A stretch of 64,000 nucleotides of DNA from an uncultured Nitrospiraceae bacterium (GTDB lineage: Bacteria > Nitrospirota > Nitrospiria > Nitrospirales > Nitrospiraceae). The number at the start of each line of letters is the position of its first letter. Positions within the stretch are counted from its first letter, which is position 1. The stretch covers positions 992,001-1,056,000 of the forward strand of contig CAVSTP010000002.1 of assembly GCA_963730935.1 (NCBI GenBank). The letters are read 5' to 3'. A model generated the notes under the pieces. It had not been told where the DNA came from, did no database searches, and was given only the letters and a program-made list of their open reading frames with translations. A program made the position numbers and the translations under genes. Shown here one piece after another: positions 40,158-50,163 of the stretch.

Positions 40158-40205
40158 CGAAGAACCTCGATGCTTGCACGTATGTGTCACTTGCTGGGGC
40201 TCGCG

Positions 40206-40234
40206 TTGACAGCGTCGTGACCCATGGGTACTAT
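40206..40234 (+). promoter_or_regulatory. Putative sigma70 promoter with ACCCATGGGT palindrome
   Basis: TTGACA-N17-TACTAT; palindrome at 40220-40229. Confidence 0.65.
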
Positions 40235-40305
40235 GAGCGCCCTCCTCGAGATATGACGAGACCTTCCATCCACTTTGAGCCCATGGTGATCACCGTTTCC
40301 CCCGC

Positions 40306-41865
40306 ATGACGCCTCACTCGCCGATGCACCATCCCCGCTGGTTCTTGTTTCTCACGGCGTTCATGACCGGTGCCGTGGTTATGGCGCTGGAAATTCTTGG
40401 CAGCCGGCTCTTGGCTCCGGTGTTCGGCAACTCACTGTTTGTATGGGGAGCGCTCATCGGCGTGATTCTCGCGGCGATGAGCAGCGGCTATGCGTTCGGA
40501 GGCTGGATCTCCGATCGTCGTCCCGGCGGGCAGGTGCTCGCGGGACTCCTTCTGGTTTCGGGCGGCTGGACATTTCTCATTGCGTGGATCGGACAGGCCG
40601 TTTTGTTTGAAGTCGCCGGCGCTGTCGATGACCCCCGGTGGGGACCCTGTTTGGCCGCGGCCGTCTTGCTTGGGCCACCGGCGTTCGGATTGAGCGGCGT
40701 GCTCCCAGCCATGTTGCGGCTGGCGGTCTTAGATTTGGAGTATCTTGGCCGGCATACGGGTCGCATGATCGCGCTGTCAACCGTGGGAAGCTTAGCGGGG
40801 ACGTGGGGAACGGCTTTTTTTTTCCTCTCATGGATCGGCAGTCATGCCTTGGTGGCCTGGTTGGGTGCTATCCAAGCGGCGTTGGGACTTTGGTGGCTCC
40901 TCAAAGGCGCCGGCGCTAAACCGCTCACCGTCGTCCTCTGTGCCGTGCTCATCGGAGGGCTTGCGACGGGCGCGCGGTTTCCCGTTCAGATGCTGAAGTC
41001 GCCGGTGTACCAAGAAGACAGTCCGTATCAGCAAGTGAGAATCCGGGATGATGATCTCTTCCGCTATCTCGTGTTGGATCGAACATTTCACGCGGTGATG
41101 TGGAAAGCTGAGCCGGATACGCTGTTCCTCCCGTATAGCCAGCTGATGGTGTCTTCGCTCGCTCTCGTTCCGAACCCGAAGCGTGCCCTGATCCTTGGTC
41201 ACGGCGGCGGATCCTTTGCCAAGTGGCTAGCCCGCTATTGGCCGGAACTTGAAGTGGATGTGGTGGAATTTGATCCAGTGGTCGTCAGGATGGCGGAAGA
41301 GTATTTCTCCTACCGTGTTCCTCCTCAGCATCATGTGTATGTTCGTGATGCAAGAGCCTTCTTGAACCATATGGAGGCGACGTACGATCTCATCTGGGCC
41401 GATGCATTTGCTCGTCATCTGGTGCCCTTTCACCTGACGACCGAGGAATTTTTTTTGGAGCTGCGACGGCATCTTACGCCGGCTGGCGTGCTGGTCGTCA
41501 ATCTGGCGTCATCGGGAACTGGCGGCGATCTCAGGCGAGCGCAGGCGGTTGTAGAAACGATGAAGCGATCCTTTCCGGTGATCGACACCTACGCTGTCAA
41601 AGGGCCGTGGCCGTCCAGTTCAAAAGCGGAAAATTTGCTTTTTTTCGTCGGTGAGCCGATTGAAAAGCAGGGGACGGCTGACTTCGCAGAGAAAGTTGCC
41701 GCTCTGGTCGAGCGGCAACGCCTCCCTTCGGAGGCCATCGCCTTGCTCGCAACGCGCCGGACGCAGCCTTGGCGGGCAGGCACAGTGCTGACCGATGACT
41801 ACGCTCCGTATGATCTCCTGATGGGGGACGAAACGAAGGAAAGTCCTGCCGAGACAGGGAAATAG
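40306..41865 (+). CDS. Fused membrane domain/spermidine synthase-like methyltransferase
   Basis: MALEILGSRLLAPVFGNS, DSPYQ, LILGHGGGS, VPFHLTTEEF, LTDDYAP. Confidence 0.9.
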   Translation: MTPHSPMHHPRWFLFLTAFMTGAVVMALEILGSRLLAPVFGNSLFVWGALIGVILAAMSSGYAFGGWISDRRPGGQVLAGLLLVSGGWTFLIAWIGQAVLFEVAGAVDDPRWGPCLAAAVLLGPPAFGLSGVLPAMLRLAVLDLEYLGRHTGRMIALSTVGSLAGTWGTAFFFLSWIGSHALVAWLGAIQAALGLWWLLKGAGAKPLTVVLCAVLIGGLATGARFPVQMLKSPVYQEDSPYQQVRIRDDDLFRYLVLDRTFHAVMWKAEPDTLFLPYSQLMVSSLALVPNPKRALILGHGGGSFAKWLARYWPELEVDVVEFDPVVVRMAEEYFSYRVPPQHHVYVRDARAFLNHMEATYDLIWADAFARHLVPFHLTTEEFFLELRRHLTPAGVLVVNLASSGTGGDLRRAQAVVETMKRSFPVIDTYAVKGPWPSSSKAENLLFFVGEPIEKQGTADFAEKVAALVERQRLPSEAIALLATRRTQPWRAGTVLTDDYAPYDLLMGDETKESPAETGK

Positions 41866-42116
41866 CAAGGCATTGAAAATATGGCAGCTTTTCTGTTGAT
41901 AGTGGTGTGCTTGTCGGGGGGTGCAACCACATAGAGCCAATCTTGCTTCCGTTTTCGCCCCTGTGCTATAAGGTTGCCTCTCAATTGAGCATGGACGTGA
42001 GCGCACACAACGCGGATCGGAGCAGTGGTTGTTCGAGGGGTCAAGGCTACCTGATCGTGTCGGTAGTTAATTACCAACCTAATCACATCTCTTTTTCTTC
42101 TTCAAGGAGGTAGGTC

Positions 42117-42596
42117 ATGGGCAAGACGATGTTAGGGGTCTTTTTCGGCCTCATAATGGTCATTGCGGGCGCGTCTGCCGCGCTGGCGCACCAGGCCGGC
42201 GGAGTCGAGATCGGCGACTTGGCGACGGGATCAGTCGTCGGTCAACCGTTCAAAGAATTAGATGTGGATGCCGAGCTGTACACGATCGAGATCGGCAACC
42301 TCAAGTCCTGGTATCCGCCCACCACCGCCATTGATTTCAAAGTGCGGGCCGGCCGTCCTGTGGTCATCAAGGTAACCAACAGTTCTGCGACAGAGCATGG
42401 ATTTTTGCTGACGGCGGAAGAAACCCAATCAGCGCCGACTGTCTTGAATGCTCAATTGGTGTTGAAACCCGGTGAGACCAAGTACGTGGGGATTCCGACC
42501 AGCGACCTGTTCTATGCCACAACTGGAAACATTTTAAAGTATCGCTGTCATCTCCATCCTGCCCATCTGGGCGGGAAGCTCATCATGCTCAAGTAG
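42117..42596 (+). CDS. Exported cupredoxin (nitrosocyanin-like motif)
   Basis: AAGGAGG RBS; signal peptide; EHGF, LKPGETK, CHLHPAH. Confidence 0.8.
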   Translation: MGKTMLGVFFGLIMVIAGASAALAHQAGGVEIGDLATGSVVGQPFKELDVDAELYTIEIGNLKSWYPPTTAIDFKVRAGRPVVIKVTNSSATEHGFLLTAEETQSAPTVLNAQLVLKPGETKYVGIPTSDLFYATTGNILKYRCHLHPAHLGGKLIMLK

Positions 42597-42625
42597 TTCA
42601 GAACTCAGCAGGGGATTAAATGACC

Positions 42626-42663
42626 AACGCCCTCGTCGCGTGAAGCGGCGGGGGCGTTTTTTT
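42626..42663 (+). terminator. Rho-independent terminator after cupredoxin gene
   Basis: AACGCCCTCGTCGC...GCGGCGGGGGCGTT plus T-tract. Confidence 0.7.
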
Positions 42664-42997
42664 AGGTGTCTTCCGTTCGGCAGTCGGCAGCCCGCTCGAG
42701 CAGGATGTTTTGGCTTCCCTTAAGCTCGCCCGCCACGATCAAGAGGAGAAACCGGCTCAGCGTTGGTTCCATGTCGCGCCGCTCTTTGACGATCGTCTGC
42801 ACATCGACGATCATTTCATCTCCGTCCCACTGGGTCTCGTTGATCACCCAATAATGGCTCATGGCATCGGGGAATTGTCGTACGACGAATTTTTCGACGA
42901 TGCTGCCGACGTCTCCGGTGCTTGCCAGGGTCGTGGTGGGGAATGTGAAGGCGATCGTCCAAAGTAGGGTTCCCAAAAGGATCCATCGAGAGCGCAT
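42662..42997 (-). CDS. Small exported hypothetical protein
   Basis: GAGGTGA RBS; signal peptide MRSRWILLGTLLW. Confidence 0.6.
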   Translation of the reverse strand: MRSRWILLGTLLWTIAFTFPTTTLASTGDVGSIVEKFVVRQFPDAMSHYWVINETQWDGDEMIVDVQTIVKERRDMEPTLSRFLLLIVAGELKGSQNILLERAADCRTEDT

Positions 42998-43089
42998 AGC
43001 GTCACCTCGCACGTGAGAGGGCAAGATCGGCTCCAGTGAGAGTAGAGAGGACCGGGAGCCGGATGGCTGCGGAGAGCTACTACTGATTG

Positions 43090-43118
43090 ATTCTACTGCG
43101 TTAATGGGTTAATGGCAA
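43090..43118 (-). promoter_or_regulatory. Putative sigma70 promoter with tandem CCATTAAC repeat
   Basis: TTGCCA-N17-TAGAAT; CCATTAAC x2. Confidence 0.6.
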
Positions 43119-43162
43119 GAAAGCTACCAGACGATGAATTTGGTAGCGGGCGGCTAAAACAC

Positions 43163-43197
43163 ACGAGCCCTGCTTCGTGACTGGAAGCAGGGCTCGT
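43163..43197 (-). terminator. Stem-loop downstream of ferredoxin gene
   Basis: Perfect 14-bp inverted repeat ACGAGCCCTGCTTC/GAAGCAGGGCTCGT. Confidence 0.65.
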
Positions 43198-43221
43198 ATC
43201 AGATGATGGAAACTCTAGCCC

Positions 43222-43569
43222 TCAATTGCGAACGCCGCTCCACACCTTCGCGGCATCGATGGATTTGTCAGGGTTGAGCTTCCGGGCCTTCTCCAGGAGC
43301 ACGTCGGTCGTCTCAGGATAGACTGGATCAGCAATGCAGCAGTTGTCGACCGGGCACACAGCGGCGCATTGCGGTTCGTCGAAATGGCCGACACACTCGG
43401 TGCAGCGGTCATGGGTAATCACATAGATGTTATCGCCCACCCCCTGGCCGTCGCCTACATGGTTGCCCTTGGTTTCCGCATCGCTGCGAGTTTCAAAAAT
43501 CGCCTCGTTCGGACATTCGGGCAGGCAGGCTCCACAGGAGATACATTCGTCGGTAATCAGCAGTGCCAT
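43222..43569 (-). CDS. 2[4Fe-4S] ferredoxin, YfhL/Alvin type
   Basis: CISCGACLPECP and CTECVGHFDEPQCAAVCP; AAGGAGG RBS. Confidence 0.93.
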   Translation of the reverse strand: MALLITDECISCGACLPECPNEAIFETRSDAETKGNHVGDGQGVGDNIYVITHDRCTECVGHFDEPQCAAVCPVDNCCIADPVYPETTDVLLEKARKLNPDKSIDAAKVWSGVRN

Positions 43570-43772
43570 GACCCTTGCCTCCTTCTCACTACGATAGCTA
43601 AAACTGGGTTGACAAGATTGCAACGCCACGACATAGTGCGTAGCGTAATAAGGCGTGATTCTAGTCTGCCGCTCTTTTCCAAGTCAACAGAACGGCGTCG
43701 GATAAGAAGGCCTAGATTCCTTGTGATCATGGGCCTTTGGGCCTAGATTGCCTCTTGACCGCAGCGTCCACC

Positions 43773-44264
43773 ATGGCCGTTCAGCCCGCCTCATCGGACC
43801 ACAAGAAAAAGCGGATCATTCTGATGGTCCTGCTTGCCGTCTTGCTGATGAGTGTGTCGATGTTCCTCGTGCAGCGGGACGACACAAAAACCATCATCAT
43901 CGCGTTTCCCAATGGGATTGAACTCGAGGCCGAAGTGGCCGACACACCGGAGAAGCTGCTCTTCGGAATGGCATTTCAGGACGCATTGCCTCCGAACAGC
44001 GGAATGATCTATATCTTCGAGTCAACGGGGCCCCATCGTGTGATGACCAAGGAATACCGGTTCCCCGTTGACATGATCTGGGTGGACGAAAGCCGACACA
44101 TTGTGTCCATCGCCGAGAATGTTCCGCCCTGCAGGTTGGAAACCTGCCCGTGGCACGGTTCCACGTCTCCATCCGTGCGGTACCTGATCCAGACTGCAGC
44201 GGGTTTCGCAAGGCAGGCAGGCGTTGAGGTGGGTGGCGAACTCAAATACACGCTTCGCATGTAG
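43773..44264 (+). CDS. DUF192 family protein
   Basis: EVADTPE...GMIYIF, FPVDMIW, VPPC. Confidence 0.85.
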   Translation: MAVQPASSDHKKKRIILMVLLAVLLMSVSMFLVQRDDTKTIIIAFPNGIELEAEVADTPEKLLFGMAFQDALPPNSGMIYIFESTGPHRVMTKEYRFPVDMIWVDESRHIVSIAENVPPCRLETCPWHGSTSPSVRYLIQTAAGFARQAGVEVGGELKYTLRM

Positions 44265-44300
44265 GTCGGAGCATCAATTTTTTCGACAAGCGGGGGAGCA

Positions 44301-44624
44301 GTGGCCATCGAAGGATTTCAGGCTGTCGCCAAAGTGGACGATGTGCCTCCGGGGCAGTCCAAAGTCGTGACGATGAACAATCGCACGATCGCCTTGTTCA
44401 ATGTGGACGGGAAAGTCTACGCCATTCACAACCTCTGTCCTCATGAAGGAGGTCCCTTGAATGAAGGGCGCGTCAAAGGATTCGTCGTCTCCTGTCCATG
44501 GCATGACCTGGCGTTCGACATTCGGAACGGCCAGGGCACCGATGGAGGCGGGTATTGTGTCGGGAGCTATGACGTACGCGTCGAGGGCGGCGACATCTAC
44601 GTGGGCCCGCGTCGCAAGGGTTAG
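44301..44624 (+). CDS. Rieske [2Fe-2S] ferredoxin
   Basis: CPHEGGPL...CPWH. Confidence 0.9.
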   Translation: MAIEGFQAVAKVDDVPPGQSKVVTMNNRTIALFNVDGKVYAIHNLCPHEGGPLNEGRVKGFVVSCPWHDLAFDIRNGQGTDGGGYCVGSYDVRVEGGDIYVGPRRKG

Positions 44625-44644
44625 CGCTGGGCCCTACGGTCAAC

Positions 44645-44974
44645 ATGCCTGAGGTCAAGGAAGAATTGCACGACCAGGACAAGGTCATTCAAGCCACGCT
44701 CGATCAACCGATCGAGATCCACCTCTGGGAGGATCGGACCAGAGGGGAACTGTGGATTCCCAGCTATGAGCCTACGGCGTTGGCCTTGCTGAGCGACGAC
44801 TATTTGCGCGTGGCAGGCAACAACGCGGTCGACAATGGCCAACGGACATTCGAGTTCAAGGCGCTCAAGCCGGGAAACTTTGACGTCGTGTTTGAAAAAC
44901 GAATGGGCTGGAAGTTCACTGCCGAAGACCGGCGGGTGTTTCATATCAACGTTTGCGCTGAGAGGAGCCCCTAA
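44645..44974 (+). CDS. Chagasin/I42 protease-inhibitor-like protein
   Basis: IEIHLWE..T.G..W, GQRTFEFKALKPG, KRMGW. Confidence 0.65.
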   Translation: MPEVKEELHDQDKVIQATLDQPIEIHLWEDRTRGELWIPSYEPTALALLSDDYLRVAGNNAVDNGQRTFEFKALKPGNFDVVFEKRMGWKFTAEDRRVFHINVCAERSP

Positions 44975-44976
44975 TC

Positions 44977-45816
44977 GTGTCCGAGACTGCGTTTATCAAC
45001 GGACGCTTCCTGCCGTTGGCTCAAGCGTCGGTGCCGATCGAGGATCGCGGCTTTCAATTTGGGGACGGCGTCTACGAAGTCATCCGCACCTATCGAGGCC
45101 GGCCCTTCAAACTGGAAGCGCACCTCGCCCGCTTACACCGCAGTGCAGACGCCATTAATCTCCATCAGCCCTATGCCTTTGAACAGTGGCGTGACTACAT
45201 CGCCGAAGGTCTCCGCCTGGCTGCCTTCCCGGAAGCCAAAATCTACATCCAGATCACGCGGGGCCAGGCACCCCGTGACCATGCCTATCCACCAGACCTG
45301 GAGCCCACCATTGTCATGACCGTTCGAGAGTTGCGTCCGCTGGCGGCCGCCGTGCAGACGGGTGGCGTCGATGCAATGACGGTCGACGATGTTCGTTGGG
45401 GGCGTTGCGACATTAAAAGTATCAACCTCTTACCCAACGTGCTTGCGCGTCAACAAGCAAAACAGGCCGGCGTGTTCGAGGCCATTCTGGTCAAAAACGG
45501 GGAGGTCACGGAAGGATCGGTCAGCAATGTGATCATCGTCGAGAACCGTACACTGATCACGGCGCCCGAAGGGACACGCATTCTTTCAGGCGTCACGCGA
45601 GAGGTCGTCCTTGCACTGGCCGGACAGGAAGGGTTCGAAGTCCAGGAACGGTATCCTTCGAAGGCGCAGCTCTACGCTGCCTCCGAGGTGTTTTTGACGG
45701 GTACGACGGTCGAAGTGTTGTCGGTCGTACGGATCGACGACAGGTCCATCGGAGGCGGCGAGCCCGGTCCGGTGACCCGGAGCCTGGCCAAGCGATTTCT
45801 CGAGCAGACTGGATAG
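44977..45816 (+). CDS. dat: D-amino-acid transaminase (class IV aminotransferase)
   Basis: EDRGFQFGDGVYEV, RWGRCDIKSINLLPN, ILSGVTR. Confidence 0.85.
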   Translation: MSETAFINGRFLPLAQASVPIEDRGFQFGDGVYEVIRTYRGRPFKLEAHLARLHRSADAINLHQPYAFEQWRDYIAEGLRLAAFPEAKIYIQITRGQAPRDHAYPPDLEPTIVMTVRELRPLAAAVQTGGVDAMTVDDVRWGRCDIKSINLLPNVLARQQAKQAGVFEAILVKNGEVTEGSVSNVIIVENRTLITAPEGTRILSGVTREVVLALAGQEGFEVQERYPSKAQLYAASEVFLTGTTVEVLSVVRIDDRSIGGGEPGPVTRSLAKRFLEQTG

Positions 45817-45864
45817 CTGGCCCCTTGCTTTGGCGTCAATGAAATGCTAAGGTGCCACCTCCGG

Positions 45865-45889
45865 AAAGTGGGCTCAGGCCCACTTTTTT
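45865..45889 (+). promoter_or_regulatory. rimP leader hairpin (terminator-like element)
   Basis: AAAGTGGGC-TCAG-GCCCACTTTTTT just upstream of rimP, downstream of TTGCTT-N17-TAAGGT (45825-45853). Confidence 0.75.
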
Positions 45890-45928
45890 GTTTGGGCTAG
45901 AACGATACCCAGAGAAGCGGGGCTAGGG

Positions 45929-46411
45929 GTGTTGGTGAAGGAGTCCCGATCAGTCGTCGACCGCATCAGCGAGGCAGTGTCCCCCATTTTATGGACGTTG
46001 GGTCTGGAACTGGCGGATGTCGTCTGCGTGGGGCAGGGCCCCCGTTCGGTCGTACGGGTCTTCATCGATAAACCGGAAGGCGTCACGCTGGATGATTGCG
46101 AGCGCGCGCATAAGGCGCTTGGTCCTGCGCTCGACGTGGCCGATCCATTTCCCCACGCCTACACGCTGGAAGTCTCCTCCCCGGGTCTCGATCGTCCCTT
46201 CAAACGGATTCAAGATTATCGACGGGCAATCGGAAAGCGGGTGACGCTGAAACTCAGGGAGCCTCTTGCCGGGCAATGGCGTCTAGTAGGAACATTGATC
46301 GGCGTGGAGGACAACGCGGTGACTTTGGAACTGAAAGAGCCTGCCCCGTCGCGGACGGTGACGCTGGAACACCAGGTCATCGCCGAGGCGAAGAGGGCGG
46401 TCACCTGGTGA
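45929..46411 (+). CDS. rimP: Ribosome maturation factor RimP
   Basis: VFIDKPEGVTLDDC, YTLEVSSPGLDRP. Confidence 0.95.
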   Translation: MLVKESRSVVDRISEAVSPILWTLGLELADVVCVGQGPRSVVRVFIDKPEGVTLDDCERAHKALGPALDVADPFPHAYTLEVSSPGLDRPFKRIQDYRRAIGKRVTLKLREPLAGQWRLVGTLIGVEDNAVTLELKEPAPSRTVTLEHQVIAEAKRAVTW

Positions 46412-46439
46412 ACATCGGAGTCGGAGTGGAGAGCCAATT

Positions 46440-47591
46440 ATGAACCGAGAATTGATTTCCGTCATCGACGAAATCGGCCGGCAAAAAGGCATCGACAAGA
46501 CCAAAGTCATCGGCGCCATAGAAGCCGCCTTGCAGACGGCCGCCAAGAAGCGGTTTGGACAGGCCGAGAATATCCAGGTCGAGATCGACTCCAAGACCGG
46601 GGAAATTTCCGTCGTCTCCAAAAAGATCATCGTCGAATCCGTGAGCAACCCCAAAGCAGAAATTTCTCTGAAAGAAGCCCGCGCGTACGACAGCGAGGCT
46701 GAAGTCGGAGACGAGATCGGTTCGCTGATTGAAATGGATGAATTGGGTCGCATCGCGGCGCAAACCGCCAAGCAAGTCATCTTCCAAAAGGTTCGGGAAG
46801 CGGAATGGGAAGCGGTCCAGAAGGAATATTCGACGAGGCAAGGCGATCTCGTGAACGGCATCATTCTCGGAATGGAACGGCGTAATTACCTCGTCGATTT
46901 GGGCAAGACGGAAGCGATTCTCCCCATACAGGAACAGATCCCTCGCGAAACCTACCGCCGGGGCGACCGGGTGAAAGCCATGTTACTCGAGGTTCGTCGC
47001 ACGCCGAAGGATGTTCAGGTCATTCTGACCCGCAGCCACCCACAATTCGTCTCAAAATTGTTCGAATTGGAAGTCCCCGAGGTCATGGAGAAGATTGTCG
47101 AAATCAAGGCCGTGGTCCGCGAGCCCGGCGACCGCACGAAGATTGCCGTCACGTCGCGCGAGAAGGCAGTCGATCCGGTCGGAGCGTGCGTGGGAATTAA
47201 GGGCTCTCGGGTTCAGGCAGTCGTGCGCGAGCTGCGAGGAGAAAAAATCGACATTATCACCTGGACCTCTGATCCGCGCGTATTTATCGCGGAAGCGTTG
47301 AACCCTGCCACCATCGAAAAAGTAGGCGTCGACGAGGAGAAGAAATCGGCCTTGGTCGTCGTGGCGGACTCACAGTTGTCGCTCGCCATCGGTAAAAACG
47401 GACAAAACGTCAGGTTGGCGGCCCGATTGACCGGCTGGAAAATCGACATCATCAGCGCGACCGAGTACGAAAAAGAAAAGGCCGAGCGTGACAAGGAAAT
47501 CAAGGCCGCTCTCGCCGAAGAAGCTGAAGCACAACGGCAGCAGGAAGAGGCACGTCAACAGGAAAAGGCCCAGCAAGAGGCGGAAGGGTAA
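46440..47591 (+). CDS. nusA: Transcription termination/antitermination factor NusA
   Basis: GRIAAQTAKQVI, REPGDRTKIAV, LAIGKNGQNVRLA. Confidence 0.97.
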   Translation: MNRELISVIDEIGRQKGIDKTKVIGAIEAALQTAAKKRFGQAENIQVEIDSKTGEISVVSKKIIVESVSNPKAEISLKEARAYDSEAEVGDEIGSLIEMDELGRIAAQTAKQVIFQKVREAEWEAVQKEYSTRQGDLVNGIILGMERRNYLVDLGKTEAILPIQEQIPRETYRRGDRVKAMLLEVRRTPKDVQVILTRSHPQFVSKLFELEVPEVMEKIVEIKAVVREPGDRTKIAVTSREKAVDPVGACVGIKGSRVQAVVRELRGEKIDIITWTSDPRVFIAEALNPATIEKVGVDEEKKSALVVVADSQLSLAIGKNGQNVRLAARLTGWKIDIISATEYEKEKAERDKEIKAALAEEAEAQRQQEEARQQEKAQQEAEG

Positions 47592-47603
47592 CGAATTCAC
47601 CGT

Positions 47604-50102
47604 ATGCGTGTGTACGAACTAGCCAAACAGCTTGGGATGGAGAATCGGGATCTGATCCCGGAACTCAAGCGTCTGGGGATCACTGTCGCCTCCCACAGCA
47701 GTGCCCTCGAACCTGATGCAGTGCAGAAAGCCCTTGAAAAACTGGGGCCCAAGCAGAAGACAGGGACCAAGTCCGATGCTGTCGGACGTCCGGACAGACA
47801 TGCGGATGGAGGAGGCCACCACCCAGCAGCCAAAGGTGCCGGTGTTCATGCCCCCACTGAAGAATCCAAACCGGACAAACGCCGCATTCTCATCAAGCGA
47901 AAACGCGATGAGCCGACCACTGAAGAACCAGCACCCTTCGGACACGAACCGCTTGCAGCCCACCCTGCGGAAACCGCTGTTCCCACGACGATGTCACCGT
48001 TGCATCCGACGGCGGAAAGTCCGGTGGTTCATCACGAACCGCATGCTCCAAGCAGTGCCCCTCTGGCGGCTGAGCCGCCGGTGGTCACGAAACCCGCTAC
48101 GCCACCAAGTCCTGAAGTGCTGTCCGGCAAGAAGAAGGTGCTCGAAGAGCTCCAAACCGAAGTCTCGAAGGACAAGCTAAAAAAAGCTCGCAAGCCCGGC
48201 CGCTCGCGGGAAGAAGACGAAGTGCGCGTGCGGGAAGATGCCGCCCGGTGGCAGGACCTTCGAGCGATCCCTGTTCAGCGGCGCGACGACCGCAGCAAGC
48301 ACGTCCATCACAGCACACCGGCTGAGATTACCAAGCCGCGGAAAAAAAGCGTTAAGCTCACGCCGGGCATGACCGTCAAGGAATTCGCCGAATTAATCGG
48401 TCAACGTCCGGCAGATATCGTGCGCAAGCTCATGGACATGGGGCAGATGCTGACATTCAACCAGTCGATGCACGTCGCGGCGGCCTCAATGCTCGCCGAA
48501 GAGGCTGGAGTGAAGGTGGAAATCGCCGTAGAGAAAGCGGGTGAAGATTTGCTCGAGGACATCACGCAGGTGCAAGGCGAAGTCCGGCTCGAGCCTCGGC
48601 CGCCGGTCGTGACGATCATGGGCCATGTCGACCACGGCAAAACATCCTTGTTGGACGCGATTCGTGAAACCAAGGTCGCGGAAGGTGAGGCTGGAGGCAT
48701 TACACAGCACATCGGCGCCTATACGGTCAGCGTCCGTGGCAAGCAGGTGACGTTTCTCGATACGCCGGGCCACGAGGCGTTCACCGCGATGCGCGCTCGG
48801 GGCGCGAAGGTTACGGATATCGTCATCTTAGTCGTTGCCGCGGACGACGGCGTCATGCCGCAGACGGTGGAGGCGATTCATCACGCCAAGGCCGCCGGCG
48901 TCCCGCTCATCGTCGCCATGAACAAGATTGACAAGCCCAGCGCCAATCCTGACCGCGTGCGGAATGCACTCTCCGAACACGGCTTAATCTCAGAAGCATG
49001 GGGCGGGGATACGATCATGGTCGAAGTCTCGGCGAAACAAAAGACCGGCCTCGATCAGCTGCTCGAAATGATTTTGCTCCAGGCCGAAGTTCTGGAATTG
49101 AAGGCGGATCCTCACCAGTACGCGAAAGGCGCAGTCGTCGAAGCCAAACTCGAGCGGGGCCGCGGCCCAGTCGCCACGGTGCTGGTGCAAAGCGGCACCC
49201 TGCATGCCGGCGACGCGTTTGTCGTCGGCGCGTTCAGCGGCAAAGTGCGCGCCTTGATCAGCCATACGGGCATAAAGGTCCAACAGGCCGGTCCGTCGGT
49301 TCCCGTCGAGGTGATCGGGTTGCCCGGTGTGCCGTCGGCCGGTGATGTGTTCCAGGCCGTGAAAGACGAGCGCATCGCCCGTGAGATTGCGGACGATCGC
49401 GCGCGCAAACAGCGGGCGGCCGAGTTGGCAGGCTCCGGCAAGGTCTCGCTCGATGATCTGTTCGCCAAGATCCAGGAAGGGTCCGTCAAGGAACTGTCGC
49501 TCGTCATCAAGGCCGATGTCCAAGGATCTGCGGAAGCCTTGGCGACGGCGGTTGAAAAGCTGCCGACGGACGCGGTGAAGCTCCGGGTCATCCATAACGG
49601 TGTCGGCGGGATCACCGAATCTGACGTTCTGCTCGCGGCGGCTTCCAACGCGATCATCATCGGATTCAACATTAGACCCGAGCCTAAGGCCTCCGACCTT
49701 GCTGAGAAGGAACACGTCGACGTCAGGCTGTATACGATCATTTACGACGCGTTGAACGATATTAGGGCGGCGATGGAGGGCCTGCTTGAGCCGACGCTTA
49801 AAGAGCGGGTGCTCGGTCGTGCCGAAGTGCGTCAGGTCTTCACCGTGTCAAAATCCGGTACGATTGCGGGTTCTTATGTCATCGACGGTACCATCACACG
49901 TGCGAGCGCAGGCGTTCGGGTGATCCGCGACAATGTCGTGGTGTATCAGGGAAGATTGGGGTCGTTACGCCGCTTCAAGGACGACGTTCGCGAGGTCCAG
50001 CAAGGCTACGAGTGCGGCATCGGCGTGGAGAACTTCAGCGATATCAAGACCGGCGACGTGATCGAAGCCTATGCCATCGACAAGATCGCCGCAAAGCTGT
50101 GA
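47604..50102 (+). CDS. infB: Translation initiation factor IF-2
   Basis: [28 protein letters not shown]. Confidence 0.98.
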   Translation: MRVYELAKQLGMENRDLIPELKRLGITVASHSSALEPDAVQKALEKLGPKQKTGTKSDAVGRPDRHADGGGHHPAAKGAGVHAPTEESKPDKRRILIKRKRDEPTTEEPAPFGHEPLAAHPAETAVPTTMSPLHPTAESPVVHHEPHAPSSAPLAAEPPVVTKPATPPSPEVLSGKKKVLEELQTEVSKDKLKKARKPGRSREEDEVRVREDAARWQDLRAIPVQRRDDRSKHVHHSTPAEITKPRKKSVKLTPGMTVKEFAELIGQRPADIVRKLMDMGQMLTFNQSMHVAAASMLAEEAGVKVEIAVEKAGEDLLEDITQVQGEVRLEPRPPVVTIMGHVDHGKTSLLDAIRETKVAEGEAGGITQHIGAYTVSVRGKQVTFLDTPGHEAFTAMRARGAKVTDIVILVVAADDGVMPQTVEAIHHAKAAGVPLIVAMNKIDKPSANPDRVRNALSEHGLISEAWGGDTIMVEVSAKQKTGLDQLLEMILLQAEVLELKADPHQYAKGAVVEAKLERGRGPVATVLVQSGTLHAGDAFVVGAFSGKVRALISHTGIKVQQAGPSVPVEVIGLPGVPSAGDVFQAVKDERIAREIADDRARKQRAAELAGSGKVSLDDLFAKIQEGSVKELSLVIKADVQGSAEALATAVEKLPTDAVKLRVIHNGVGGITESDVLLAAASNAIIIGFNIRPEPKASDLAEKEHVDVRLYTIIYDALNDIRAAMEGLLEPTLKERVLGRAEVRQVFTVSKSGTIAGSYVIDGTITRASAGVRVIRDNVVVYQGRLGSLRRFKDDVREVQQGYECGIGVENFSDIKTGDVIEAYAIDKIAAKL

Positions 50103-50163
50103 CGGAGATGTTGAGAGGTCGGTGGGCGGAAGGCAGGGTACGCAGTCATGAGCCGGTCGTATT

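Noticed and set aside
40815..40823. T9 tract in the spermidine-synthase-like gene
   Set aside because: In frame and encodes Phe codons in a transmembrane segment.
43608..43624. Imperfect palindrome GTTGACAAGATTGCAAC as an FNR box
   Set aside because: Spacing and right half do not fit TTGAT-N4-ATCAA.
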